The notes below the pieces were generated by a model that was not told the DNA's origin, made no database searches, and saw nothing but the letters and a program-made list of their open reading frames with translations. A stretch of 63,822 nt of DNA, filler included, from Welwitschia mirabilis (lineage: Eukaryota), in assembly GCA_051453625.1 (NCBI GenBank). It is 5 parts of one record of this genome, joined end to end, with 100 filler letters (N's around TTAATTAATTAA, not from the genome) between each part and the next. Parts side by side here need not be neighbours in the genome. Positions count along the whole stretch, not along the records: positions 25,544 to 55,326 come from JBOZIK010000001.1; positions 55,427 to 57,578 come from JBOZIK010000001.1; positions 57,679 to 62,557 come from JBOZIK010000001.1; positions 62,658 to 63,822 come from JBOZIK010000001.1; 1 more part is not named here. One strand, written 5' to 3'. The position numbers and the translations under genes are program-made. Numbering within the stretch: position 1 is the stretch's first letter; every line of letters begins with the position of its first letter. Shown here in pieces: positions 52,233 to 63,822 of the stretch.

Positions 52233-53300
52233 CTAAGAAGTTGAGTCATCATGCTCTAAAGTAGCAAGAGCTACCTCTTCTTCCTCAGATCCAGGGGGGA
52301 TCTCCAAATCATAGGCAAATAAACCGAATACTATTGTGTCAACTCTTTTGCACACTTTATCTGCTGTCTTTTGGGCCTGAAGAGCTATCTCTTTGATGGA
52401 TAAAAGTTCTCTCATTAAATCCTCATTGCTAACTGTGCCTGCACTGGTTCCTTCTTCTTTTCTAGGTTTCTTCTTTGGAGGCGGTGAAGGACCAATTTCT
52501 TCTATTAAAATGTTCATTTTCTTCAGTGAGTATAATCCCAAAGGTTTGGGAATTTTGAGAAGCTCTTTATCTTTGCGAATAGAAAAATTGTGATTTTCCA
52601 GTATGGCTGTAATGAGTCCTCCAAAAGGTAGGCTATTATACCCGGCAGGAATGAACTAACTCATATAGAACATGATGAATTTACACAAATTTATATGTAC
52701 ACCGGTTCTAAGACAAAACAAAATATATGCACAAAATGGTAATACCTCATCCTTGTGACCTAATTTAGGTACGAGGTTATGTGTAGAAATCTGAAAGAGA
52801 ACTCTGTAAAACTTGGTCAATCTGTTTGTGGGCAAATTAGCACACCACAGAAATGAAGTTCCCCACAATTCTGAAGTTAACATATCTAAAAAAACTGCTT
52901 CCTTTAAGGAGCTGAACGAAGTAATTTCCTGGAATAAACCTTCATTCGAAAAGCTCGTGACCAAGGAAATGGCTTCTAAATCTACGTCAACTCTTCTACC
53001 ATATACCTTGGTGGTAATCACCCAACTCAAGAAATGAAAATGAGCATTGCAGTAGAATAAACATACCATTTTGGTGGATCCTCGAGTGTCTAGATCCAAG
53101 GTGTATTGCCATCCAAGTTCTGCAAACTTATCAAAAATTGGGACCTCTCTTCTGAAGGATTAGAAGTCTATTTGTCTTTCTAGAGCTAAGGGCCTCTTAT
53201 TATATCTTGCAAACTAGGGGTGCTCCTGAGAAAGAAACCATTCTAATTCTGACTCGGGTTCTTTTCCCTTTCTGGAGACTCCTATCTTGCTTCTGACCAT
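52233..53300 (-). pseudogene. Sirevirus extra ORF (356 codons in one frame, 3 internal stops)
   Basis: ATG at 53300 is in frame with ORFs 52656-53099 and 52233-52541; MVRSKIGVSRKGKEP...LFYCNAHF...LPFGGLITAILE...PPPKKKPRK... Confidence 0.85.
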
Positions 53301-54045
53301 GATGACCACCAATCTCAGGTTCCAGAGCTCAGAGGAAAGCAAAGGAGGAGAGAAATGAGGAAAGAAGCCAAAGAAGAGACTTAAAAAAGAGGGGAGGAGT
53401 GCCGGCGTCCCGATAGGGCTACATCTGCGTGAATGGGAAGACGTCCGAGTTTTAAAAACCGGACGTCTGGATTGTAACTGGTGATAATTTTCACAACTGT
53501 GAACAGTCGGATGTCTGGGAAAAACTCATGGGACGTCCTGGTTACTTCCTAGATCAGGACGTCCGGATATTAATACGGGATGTCTAGGATTTAAAGTAAC
53601 CAAAGTTTAGCACTTCCCAGAAAGACAGAAATAAAAACATTGTCAGTCAAACGACAGATCTTCTCAATTTAGTGCAATTTTTTAGAAGAAAGCAAGATTT
53701 ATTTAAATGAAAGGCAGGGCCCTACACCAAGATTTCTTCTCAAGAAATAAAAGCGATTTTCTGATAAACTCTTAGTCATGATATCAGCTAATTACTCATG
53801 AGTTGCCACATACTCTGGATCAATAACCTTATTCTGCACTTGCTCTCTAATGAAATTATGTTCTATACCGATATGTTTAGTTCTCGAGTGCTGCACTGGA
53901 TTCTTCGTAATTATTGATTGCACTAGTGTTGTCACAAAATAGTTNNNNNNNNNNNNNNNNNNNNNNNNNNNNNNNNNNNNNNNNNNNNNNNNNNNNNNNN
54001 NNNNNNNNNNNNNNNNNNNNNNNNNNNNNNNNNNNNNNNNNNNNT

Positions 54046-54660
54046 TTATATGCACTCTAGTTCCAAGACAAAACAAAATATATGCACACACTGGAGATAC
54101 CTCGTCCTTGTGTCCTAATTTGAATACGAGGTTTGTGTAGATATCTGAACCAGAACTCTATAAAACTTGGTTAATTTGTTCATAGGCAAATTAGCACGCC
54201 ATGGAAATGAAGTCCCACACAATTCTGAAGTCAACACAGCTAGAGAGACTGCTTCTTTTAAAGAACTGGCAGAAGTAATTTCTCGAAATAAACCCTCATT
54301 GGGATAGCTAGTGATCAAGGAACTAGCTTCTAAATCAACATCAACTCTCTTACCATACACCTTGGAGGTAATCACCCAACTCGAGGAATGGAAATGTGCA
54401 TTGCAGTAAAACAAACGTACCATTTTAGTTGAAGCTCGAGTGTCTGGATCCAAGGCGTATTGCCATCCAAGATCTGTAAACTTATCAAAGACGGGGACTT
54501 CTGTTCTAAAGGATTGGAAGTCTGTTTGCCTCTCTGGAGCTAATGGTCTCCTATCATATCCTCCAAACCAGGTCTTTTGGTGGTCCGGAGAAATAAACCA
54601 TTCAGATTTTCATTTGGGTTCTTTGCCCTTCTTGGAGACTCCTATCTTGGTTCTGACCAT
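54046..54660 (-). pseudogene. Second copy of the Sirevirus extra ORF (N-terminal part)
   Basis: MVRTKIGVSKKGKEP...DPDTRASTKMVRLFYCNAHFHSSSWVITSKVYGKRVDVDL. Confidence 0.85.
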
Positions 54661-55679
54661 GATGTCCACCTATTTCAGGTTCTAGAGCTCAGAGGGAGGC
54701 AGAGAAGGTGAGAAAATGAGCAAAAAATGAAGAAAAGGACTTAAGTAGGAGGGGAGGAGCGCGGGCATCCCAGTAGGATTACGCCCACGTAAAAGAGCGA
54801 ACGTCGGGGTTTTAAAAGCTGGATGTCCGGGTTGTAACCGGTGAATTTTGACAAAATTAAGAACAGTCAAATGTCCGAGAAGGATATCGGGGCGTCCGGG
54901 TTACTTTCCAGATCAGGATGTCTTGATGTTAATCCAGGACATCCGGGATTTAATATAGACAAAGTTTAGCTTTTCCCAAAACGACAGAAACAAGGACGAT
55001 GTCACTTAAATGATGGATTTTCTCAATTGAGCACAATTTTTAGAAGAAGGCAAGACTTATTTAAGTGAAGGGCATGGCCCTACACTAAGATTTCTTCTCA
55101 GGAAACAAAAACGACCTTCTGATAAACTCTTAGTCATAATATTAGCTAACTGTTCATGAGTTGGCACATACTCTAAATCAATTGCCTTATTTTGCATTTG
55201 TTCTCTAATGAAATGATGTCTTATGTCGATATGTTTAGTCCTTGAGTGTTGCACTGGATTCTTAGTAATGTTGATAGCACTGGTATTGTCACAGAATAGC
55301 TTAATTGATTCTACATTTATCTCAAANNNNNNNNNNNNNNNNNNNNNNNNNNNNNNNNNNNNNNNNNNNNTTAATTAATTAANNNNNNNNNNNNNNNNNN
55401 NNNNNNNNNNNNNNNNNNNNNNNNNNAACAACAAAAAAAAAATAAGAAAAAAAAAAGAAGAGAATTTCCATTAAGAGGGAGGAAACAAATGCTTTTATTT
55501 CTAAATGTACAATTCCTAACTTTTGATTACTGTTTTGTGATACACTAGATGAATATCTGTATTAAATCCTATGACTAGAAAATACTTTAGAAATGAAGAG
55601 AATGTAGTCATTTTTGAGAATTTATGGGAAGTAGATAGATTTAAAGAGACAAAAATTTTGCCCCATATTTTGTTCTTAT

Positions 55680-57500
55680 TTTCTTTTGTCTTGTTGCTGT
55701 TCTTTAGAAGTTCTTGGCCTCTTTGGAATTTTAGTTAAAAAGTCTTCATTTGACTCTGATTTTTCATTTGCCCCTACATCATTCCCTTGAGATGAAAAAT
55801 ATTCTTTTATCTGTGAGAAGTCAATGAGGTCTGTATCTATTTCTTTTACCTTGACCCATTTAGCATCCAAATCACATGCACCTTTTCACTTGATTAGGTC
55901 TTCTTGATAATGTTGGTGTCTTGTTTTTTTCCTGTAACATTCCATGCTTCCCACTGCTGTATTTTATCCTCTAATGGAACAACTTCTTGTTGGCTTTTGT
56001 TACTATTAAGCTTTGTTAAATCTTTGACATTGAAAGTGGATGACAGTTTTCAATGGCTAGGTAAGTCGAGCACAATTTCATTATTAGAAATTTTGTGCTT
56101 CACTTGGACTGGTCCAACTTTTTTAAATTGCAACTTTTTGCTGGTTGTTTCCTTGCACTCTTTTCCCTATATGTGGCATGACAAGATCAGCAATTTGAAA
56201 AGAGGTTTGTTGTCTTCTTCTGTTAGCATACGTCATTGCTTTAGTGGTGCTTTCTTGATGTTTCTTTGCCATTTATTGGTGCGAATCTGCTTTGTCTTGA
56301 GTAAACTCATCTGCTAATCTTGAAGACTTGGAAGTTCATCCCACAAGATTTGGAGTAAGTGCATGCCATCCATAGAGAATCTCAAATGGTGTTCTACCTA
56401 TGCTTCTAAAAACTGAATTGTTAGAAGCAAATTTTGCTTGAGTGACCTCTTCCCATTGCTTAGGATCCCCTTTGCCTAACACCTCAAAAGATTTCTCACA
56501 CTTCTCTTTACTACTTTAGTTTGTCCATCAGTCTCAGAATGGACGGCTGAAGAAAAACTAAGACTGGTTTCCATGAGCTTCAAACTAGTTCTCCAAAATG
56601 AGACATGAATCTAACATGACAGTCAAAAACTATGCTATTTGGCATTCGATGAAGCCGTACAACTTCTTTAACAAATAATCTAGCTCACTCAACATCATCT
56701 CCATTTTTCCTATATTGTATAAAATGTGACATCATAGAAGATCTATTTACAATGACGAACATGGTGTTGTTCCCTTTCTTGGTTTTAGGAAGCCTATGTA
56801 TGAAATCCATGCTAATACTATCCTATTGTCTAGATGGAATAGCCAATGGCTAATACGTACCCTCTTGATTCTTTCCTTCTTTTTCCCTTTGACACGCATT
56901 GCAGCACTTTCCAAACTTCTGTACATCTTTGTACATTCCAGGCCAAAAACATGATGTTGTCACCAACTCATAAATCTTGTCAATGCCTACATGACTTGCC
57001 ATGTCTCTTTGATGCTCTGCCTTCACTATAGTTGTTCTTATGGATAATCTTGGTATGCATAACTTGCCATGTTTAAACAGAAGATTATCTTGGATACAAT
57101 AACAAAAGATTCATTTGTACATTGCATTAGTTTTAAGGAGCATCCCTATCTTTAAATCTTCATTCTCTACATGAAGATCTTTTGAATGAGAGAAATCTTC
57201 AACAAGAATCGAACTTTAACTATCCATACATGTAGTTCTTCTAAGTGCATCTACCACTTGATTTGTTGATCCTTACTTGTATTTGATGAAAAAATTGAAT
57301 TCTTGTAATTTCTCTACCCATTTTGCTTGCTTAGAGGTTGTCATCTTGCTAATTAAAGTATTGGAGAGCTTTAGCATCAGTGAACAAGATAAATTCCTTT
57401 TTCAAAAGGTAATATCTAATGTTTCATTTGTTGTAGGATGACATAGAGCTCTTATTCATATGTAGGGTATTATTTTTCCTTATCTTTTATTCAACTTCTC
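55680..57500 (-). pseudogene. Ty3/gypsy (CRM-like) RNase H-integrase remnant
   Basis: YPTYE*ELYVIL; KKEFILFTDAKAL; SISMDFIHRLPKTKKGNNTMFVIVNRSSMMSHFI; ETDGQTKVV; GPVQVKHKISNNEIVLDLPSHWKLSSTFNVKDL. Confidence 0.85.
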
Positions 57501-57678
57501 ACCAATGATTAAATAGTCGGCGAAAGCAAAAAGTCGGCAATCTCAAAAAAAGAGTCGAGTCATCAAGTCGGAGACTAGNNNNNNNNNNNNNNNNNNNNNN
57601 NNNNNNNNNNNNNNNNNNNNNNTTAATTAATTAANNNNNNNNNNNNNNNNNNNNNNNNNNNNNNNNNNNNNNNNNNNN

Positions 57679-58758
57679 AAAAGGGGGTTGGCTTGTAACC
57701 CTAACCCTAGGGCTATATAAACTTGTTAAAGGGTTGTTTGTGGTATCTGGACACATTTTTGCTCCTAATCAATCAATAGAGCTCTGCATTACTTCTCGTG
57801 TACACAGGGTAAAAAGAGCCTGAACCATGCAAATTTGTGTTGTTACTTTTGTGTGATTGGTGTTCCAGTTTGTTGAAGTACTTTCTTGTTGTTAGGATTT
57901 GTAACAAGTGGTATNNNNNNNNNNNNNNNNNNNNNNNNNNNNNNNNNNNNNNNNNNNNNNNNNNNNNNNNNNNNNNNNNNNNNNNNNNNNNNNNNNNNNN
58001 NNNNNNNNNNNNNNGTGGTATTAGAACAAGGTTTGAAGTACTTTCTGTTCGAATCTCTTTTAGAGGTGTTCTGCCAGGCCCATCGGACCGCCTGCATGTC
58101 ATTCTCTATCATTGAATTATATTCTTTATACAGATGCAGGAGAGCCAGAGTCATACCAAGAAGCCATTTGCAGTCCTGATGCTAGTAAATGGATGAAGGC
58201 TATGAATGAGGAAATGGAGTCCTTTGAGCAGAATCATACTTGGGAGGTAATGCTCTTGCCACNNNNNNNNNNNNNNNNNNNNNNNNNNNNNATCTATAGG
58301 TTGAAACAAGAAACCCATGGAGCAAAATGTTACAGGGCCAGAATGGTAGTGAAGGGTTTTGCACAACAGAAGGGTATTGATTTCAACGAAATTTTCTACC
58401 CTATTGTTAAACATATCTCCATTTGTATCATTTTAGCTATGGTAGCTTGCATGAATTTAGAATTCGAACAACTGGATAGCGAAACTACATTTTTGCATGG
58501 TGATTTGCAAGAAGAAATTTACATGTAACAGCCATAAGGTTTTGGAAATGGCAAGAACTTGGTATGCAGGTTAAATAGAAGTTTATATGGCCTAAAACAG
58601 GCAACCATGCAATGGTACAAGAAATGTGACACCTTCATGATGGAATAGAAATATGAAAGATGCAAAGTAGATCACTTTGTTTATCTGATGAGAACCACTG
58701 TTAAGATTACCATTCTGTTACTATATGTAGATGATATGTTAATTGTTAGAAATGATTT
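57679..58758 (+). mobile_element. Copia (29388 family) 5' LTR part, PBS and RT, lacking gag-PR-INT
   Basis: LTR ends gtaaca at 57906; PBS-like tggtattagaac at 58016 is about 95 bp from LNYILYTDAGEPESYQEAI. Confidence 0.8.
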
Positions 58759-59989
58759 NNNNNNNNNNNNNNNNNNNNNNNNNNNNNNNNNNNNNNNNNN
58801 NNNNNNNNNNNNNNNNNNNNNNNNNNNNNNNNNNNNNNNNNNNNNNNNNNNNNNNNNNAAAAATTGAGGGGAAAAATCACAATTTTCCCATGCAAAATCC
58901 ATTTTTGCTGATAGAGCATTGATTGATTGCACATCTTATAAAATTAATAAGCTTTGCATTTTTTCGAGAAAAACAATTGCCGACATTTTGTGCCCACATA
59001 TTGCCGACACAATGGTGACATGTCTTCTCGACACGACTTTTTGAGTCTGCTGACATTTTACTTATTGTCACCAACCTTCTCCAAGCCCCTGTCAATATCT
59101 ATCTGTGGTGCTGAATCATCTCCTCCTTCTTTGTTTTCCTTCTCTATGAGACCTATGATATTGTTTTTATTAAAATACACATATGCTAATTGCTCAATCT
59201 ACCATGCCCTAGCCTATTATGCTTCTTAGAATGTGTATGCTCAAAAACACTACTATTATATTCACAATCTGCAGTAAATAGATTTCATACATATTAATTG
59301 CCTAAGCGACTTTACAAAATAAGACAGAAGAGTAAAAAATCAAAATATCTATTAGGTGTCAACCTACATAACTTAATGGGTTTCGTAAATTACTTACCAT
59401 AAGAACTACATGAATGAGAAAATATATGTCATAGCCATACATTTCCCACTAACACATTGCAAATATTAAGGCACAAACATTAGATAAAGATGGAAATGAA
59501 ACTACATGATAACATTACTAAGAGCCTAAGAGAGTGATAAATCATGAGACTTAAAGAGAATGTTGAGTTAATTGTGATTTTTTTGAGAAGTGCAAGTGAA
59601 GGAAGAAACACCTAGACGCTCATGCAATGCACATTCTAATGCCTTAGGTGAATTCATCTCATTATGCAACTCATTGATAAATAGCAAGATGTGTAGTCAA
59701 CTTCTTTTGTAACTCCATGAACTTTAGATCTAGAAGAGCATCGCTACCATGCAAGGGGTACATTTTCCTAATAACCTATGAACATACCATTGCAAACAAC
59801 CAAACACAATTACGTAATGGCCATTAGCCAACAAATATGTATAGAAATAATAGAATACTAAGAATAACTCACAAGGCTATAAGCCTATAACATGTTCATA
59901 CAAAAGATGGGAAGACTACAAAACTGAAAAGTTGAAGGCATTAAGTTGTGATTTTTTTTAATTAGCTTCCAAAGGGTCATTCAAATTTC

Positions 59990-61220
59990 TTATTTATCAT
60001 TTAGCTCATCATATTTTCCCAAACCAAACTTTGGATTTAGAACATATGCCATATTGTGCACATCAGTTTGCAACATTTTCCCCAATCTCTTCTTAATAAA
60101 TCTCTCTGTTTGTTCTGCCCTTACTTCATATTTTATTTTTATAAATGTTTAATGTACCTTGGCCCTCACTTTAGCCATAACATCATAAACATACCCTATA
60201 GATGGATTATCAGAATCCACTAGGCTCAATAGCTTCACCAATGGCTCCAAGATCTGTTAAAGTACACATGAAATCAATTTAATATAATCTCATAATGGAA
60301 TTACGAATACTTATGTAAGAAAGTGAATATCTTATTTTTTGTGACCTTTAAAGTGAGAGAGACCATATGCTAGAATGTCTTCGAGGGCGTGGGCCATCAA
60401 TAGGGTCATCAAATGTGACTCTTTTGCAAAATCCTTCCTTACAGAACTTTGAAAATGAGCCCAAGAAAGATTTATCATACAGCCACTTATGAGATAGAAA
60501 TACAAGCATCAACTCCCCCTTAAACTCCATAAAGCTTTGCAACATTGGAAAGTTTATAGCAAGCCTAGTAATACTATGTCTTGGTAACCCTCTATCCTTG
60601 TGTGTTTTCAAAAAGTAAGGAATGGGTCAAGTCATGTGAGTAGATAAACTAGCATAAGTAAGTGATGATCACTAAATAAACATTAAATGAACACATTGCA
60701 AATATGGCAATAAGAAAATGAAGTAAACGATCTCAAAACAAATTCTCAAAAGTCTGAACTTCTCTAGTCTCAATGAACATTATAGACCTAGTTCAAGAAA
60801 ACCTACCAATATTCTCAATCAGTAAGTCCAAATGATGAGCAGCACATGGACATCAATATACATGAGGATAAGTTGTTTGTAGCCTTGCCTCAGTAGACAC
60901 AAATGCAGTTGCATTATCAAAAACGATCTGCGAATTTCAAAAAATGCAACATTGTAATTTACCAAATTAATTTTTCAAAACTGGGGTGAGAATAAAATAG
61001 AATGTTCTTTCTTGTTATCTAAAATATTTACTAGTACAACATTATTTGGAACAACTTGTTTAATGACACCCTTGTACCAATTGAACATGAAGTTTGCATC
61101 CCTAACTTTACCAAATGCGTGAATTGACTTGGTAAACATGGTACCCTTTTCAGAACTAATCAAAAAGTTAATTAAAGATCCGATCACCTCATAAATCCAT
61201 CATAATTGAACAACTAGTGC
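59990..61220 (-). pseudogene. hAT-superfamily (DUF659-type) transposase remnant with probable introns
   Basis: SLINFLISSEKGTMFTKSIHA...VIKQVVPNNVV; IVFDNATAF...PCAAHHLDLLIENIG; PRHSITRLAINF; ILEPLVKLLSLVDSDNPSIGYVYDVM; AYVLNPKF. Confidence 0.85.
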
Positions 61221-62657
61221 TTGCCCAAGTAGATTGATGGGCTGCCATAAGATCTTTAATACAATTACATGCATTTTGCAATAAGGATTTGTGAACCATT
61301 ATGAAAAACATAATAAGGAGCACTACCAAATACTAATAACAGGACATTGACATCACTACTAGACCGCTAGTATACTATTAGACATAGCACAGAAATTGAT
61401 GAAACAAAAACATACACAATAAAACAAGAGAATAATACATATGTATTTGTTTACACCAATTGATGTCATGGCACTTTAATGCCTTTACTTGCCTCAATGA
61501 TGCAATCAATAACCTACTGAAATTTTAAATCTCTAAAGGGTTGGAAAGGAAGCATATGCTTGTACAAAATTTCGGGCAAGCATGCACATGCAACATCATG
61601 CCTATGCTTGTTGAAAGGCATGTTAGGCAACGTAAATTGCCTAGTGATAGGAGTATTGGCGATATGAGTAGCAACAATTCTATAAACCTGGTGCTTTTGC
61701 CTCCTGGGGGATGAGCTGAAATAGTCACCAACATTGGTAAAAGAAGGAGATATGGTTTCCCCTATTGAGGAAGCACCACTGTAACTGCATATATCTCTAA
61801 ATCATGCAATATCAGAAATGTTGAAAAGGGCGGACTGAAGAGCTGGATTTTACGGGGACGAGGATGAGAGGTTGAAAGGTGGAGGGAGAAGTCTAGGGAA
61901 TGCCATGCCCTGGAATTGGCTTGGATTCCAAGCACAAGGCATGGAATTTGGTGGAAATTGTAGGGAGGGAGGAGAGCAAGAAAAGGAAGAGGAAAAGGGA
62001 AGGAAAGGGAGAAAATAGGGGGAAAAGGGGAGGAGGGAAAGGGAAATGGAAGAAAAGCAAGAGAAGAAGAGGAAAGGAGAGGGATGAGGAAACTTCTGAG
62101 GTCTTGAGGTTTCGAATTGGCTTGCTATCTATTATTGGAGATGCTTGCTGAAGGTCAGCCTATTGAAGCCATCATCCGATTCTTCGTTTTTGTGAGTCGC
62201 TTGAGACAGGGAGCTATTTGGTTCGAGTTCAGGAAGAAGACCTAAGGCAGAATTCCATGCCTGAGGCATGGTAGTGGGAAGTCAAGGGAAAATGAGGAGG
62301 GGCAAAGGATGGCATGGGAAAAAAGGGGTAAAAGGGAAGGATAGAGGAGGAGGAAGGATGGGGAAGGGGAGAAAATGGGGTTGAGGAGCGATCTTGGATG
62401 GAGTGTGGAAGATTTATGTTTTAATGATGATCAATAGGTTCGGTAGCGTGATGTAGCCCAAATGACATCAGCAAAGAAGAGCCAAAAATGAGATATCTTG
62501 TGTTTGTACCATCTGGGACGTTCGACTGTGAAACCAGGATGTCCACACCTGTATAAGNNNNNNNNNNNNNNNNNNNNNNNNNNNNNNNNNNNNNNNNNNN
62601 NTTAATTAATTAANNNNNNNNNNNNNNNNNNNNNNNNNNNNNNNNNNNNNNNNNNNN

Positions 62658-63822
62658 CATCTTCCTACATTATGTGCTATATCTAGTTTACTAGCTGTCA
62701 CATATAATAGGCTTCCAATTATTCCTCTAGAAAGCTTTTGATCTATTTTCTTTCCTAACTCATCTTCACTTATTTTCACATTCATGGAAAGAGGAGTTGT
62801 TGCATCCTTGGGATTTATCATGTCATACTTCTTTACAATATCTTGAGTATACTTAGTTTGGCTAATAAAAATTCCATCATTTGTTTGTTTAATTGGCAGA
62901 CCTAAGAAGAAGTTTAGTTTGCCTACCATACTCATTTCAAATTCCTTTTGCATTGTTTTGGCGAATTTGGTGGCTAAAGAGGTTTTGTAGAGCCAAAGAC
63001 TCTATCATCTACGTAGATTTGTGCCAATAGCATTTCACCTTCTACATGTTTGATATACAAGATTGTATCAACATGCCCTTTCTTCAAACCATTTGACACT
63101 AGAAAGGAAGTTAGTCTTTCAAACTACGCTCTAGGAGTTTGCTTCAATGCACATAGGGCCTTATTTAATTTAAACACATGACTTGAAAACTTTGAATATG
63201 TGAAACCAAGGGGTTGAGCAATATAAACCTCTTCGTTGATATATCCATTTAAAAAGGCATTTTTAACATCCATTTGAAAAAGTTTGATCTTATGGTAGCA
63301 CACAAAGGCAAGAAGCATCCGAATGACTTCTAGACGAGCAACCAAGGCAAAGGTTTTTCCATAATCTCTCCCTTCCTATTGGCTATACCCTTGAGAAACT
63401 AGAAGAGCTTTGTTTNNNNNNNNNNNNNNNNNNNNNNNNNNNNNNNNNNNNNNNNNNNNNNNNNNNNNNNNNNNNNNNNNNNNNNNNNNNNNNNNNNNNN
63501 NNNNNNNNNNNNNNNNNNNTCGAATTGGTTTAATTGTTGTTGCATTGCTATCATTCAACTATCATCTTTTTTTGCCTTTTGGAAATTCTTAGGTTCAAGA
63601 CAGGATAACAAACAAAAGAGACTATGGCTAATACTTTTTTTGCTTCTGGTGGTTATCTCTTGATCAGGGTTACTCACGATAACTTCATGCGGATGATCTC
63701 TCTTAGTTCTTTGAGGGAAAGTGCGACAATGGTTGGTCTCATTTTTTTGTTAAGTTCAACTTGAGTTTGAGGGTTGGTCTTTATGAGAAGAGGGTTCTGG
63801 CAAGATTTCTACAAGGTTAGAA
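62658..63822 (-). pseudogene. Sirevirus-like copia RT remnant
   Basis: VARLEVIRMLLAFVC...LFQMDVKNAFLNG; AQIYVDD; MQKEFEMSMVGKLNFFLGL. Confidence 0.9.

Larger units (their letters stand above)
50286..55326 (-). mobile_element. Relatively young Sirevirus-like complex: LTR end, PBS, full LTR (50679-51838), multiple PPTs, two copies of RH end plus extra ORF
   Basis: PBS TGGTATCAGAGC (50665-50676 minus); LTR TGTAGAGA...CCTAACA; ctccccctt tracts near 51841, 51902, 52054; KNPVQHSRTKHI twice. Confidence 0.9.

Noticed and set aside
61900..62151. 83-aa K/R/G/E-rich ORF
   Set aside because: Low-complexity purine tract; no domain evidence

Overview
AT-rich plant nuclear DNA, almost entirely nested, decayed LTR retrotransposons: Ty1/copia (Sirevirus-like and Tnt1/Tork-like), Ty3/gypsy (Athila-like and CRM-like), a non-autonomous large LTR element and a hAT/DUF659 transposase remnant. 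The only host coding sequence I can support is two intact, canonically spliced exons (44009-44191, 44292-44408) of a peptidase S28 (EDA2-like) gene. Its neighbouring exons were not found, which implies very large TE-filled introns or an orphan fragment. The most unusual structure is a 406-bp tandem triplication that places two extra splice acceptors upstream of the real exon. Each extra acceptor is followed by the catalytic-serine motif (GASYxG) and an in-frame stop. Also notable are a Sirevirus third ORF with an SV40-like NLS preceded by the same GGACGTCC palindromes as the LTR, an LTR flanked by both PBS and PPT, a pol-less 6.5-kb LTR element inserted in a gag zinc knuckle, and an RT-only copia deletion derivative. 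Four N44-TTAATTAATTAA-N44 spacers are artificial scaffold joins, so contiguity across them is unverified. Family and clade calls rest on motif recognition by eye, not database searches. I cannot establish a new biological system from sequence alone.
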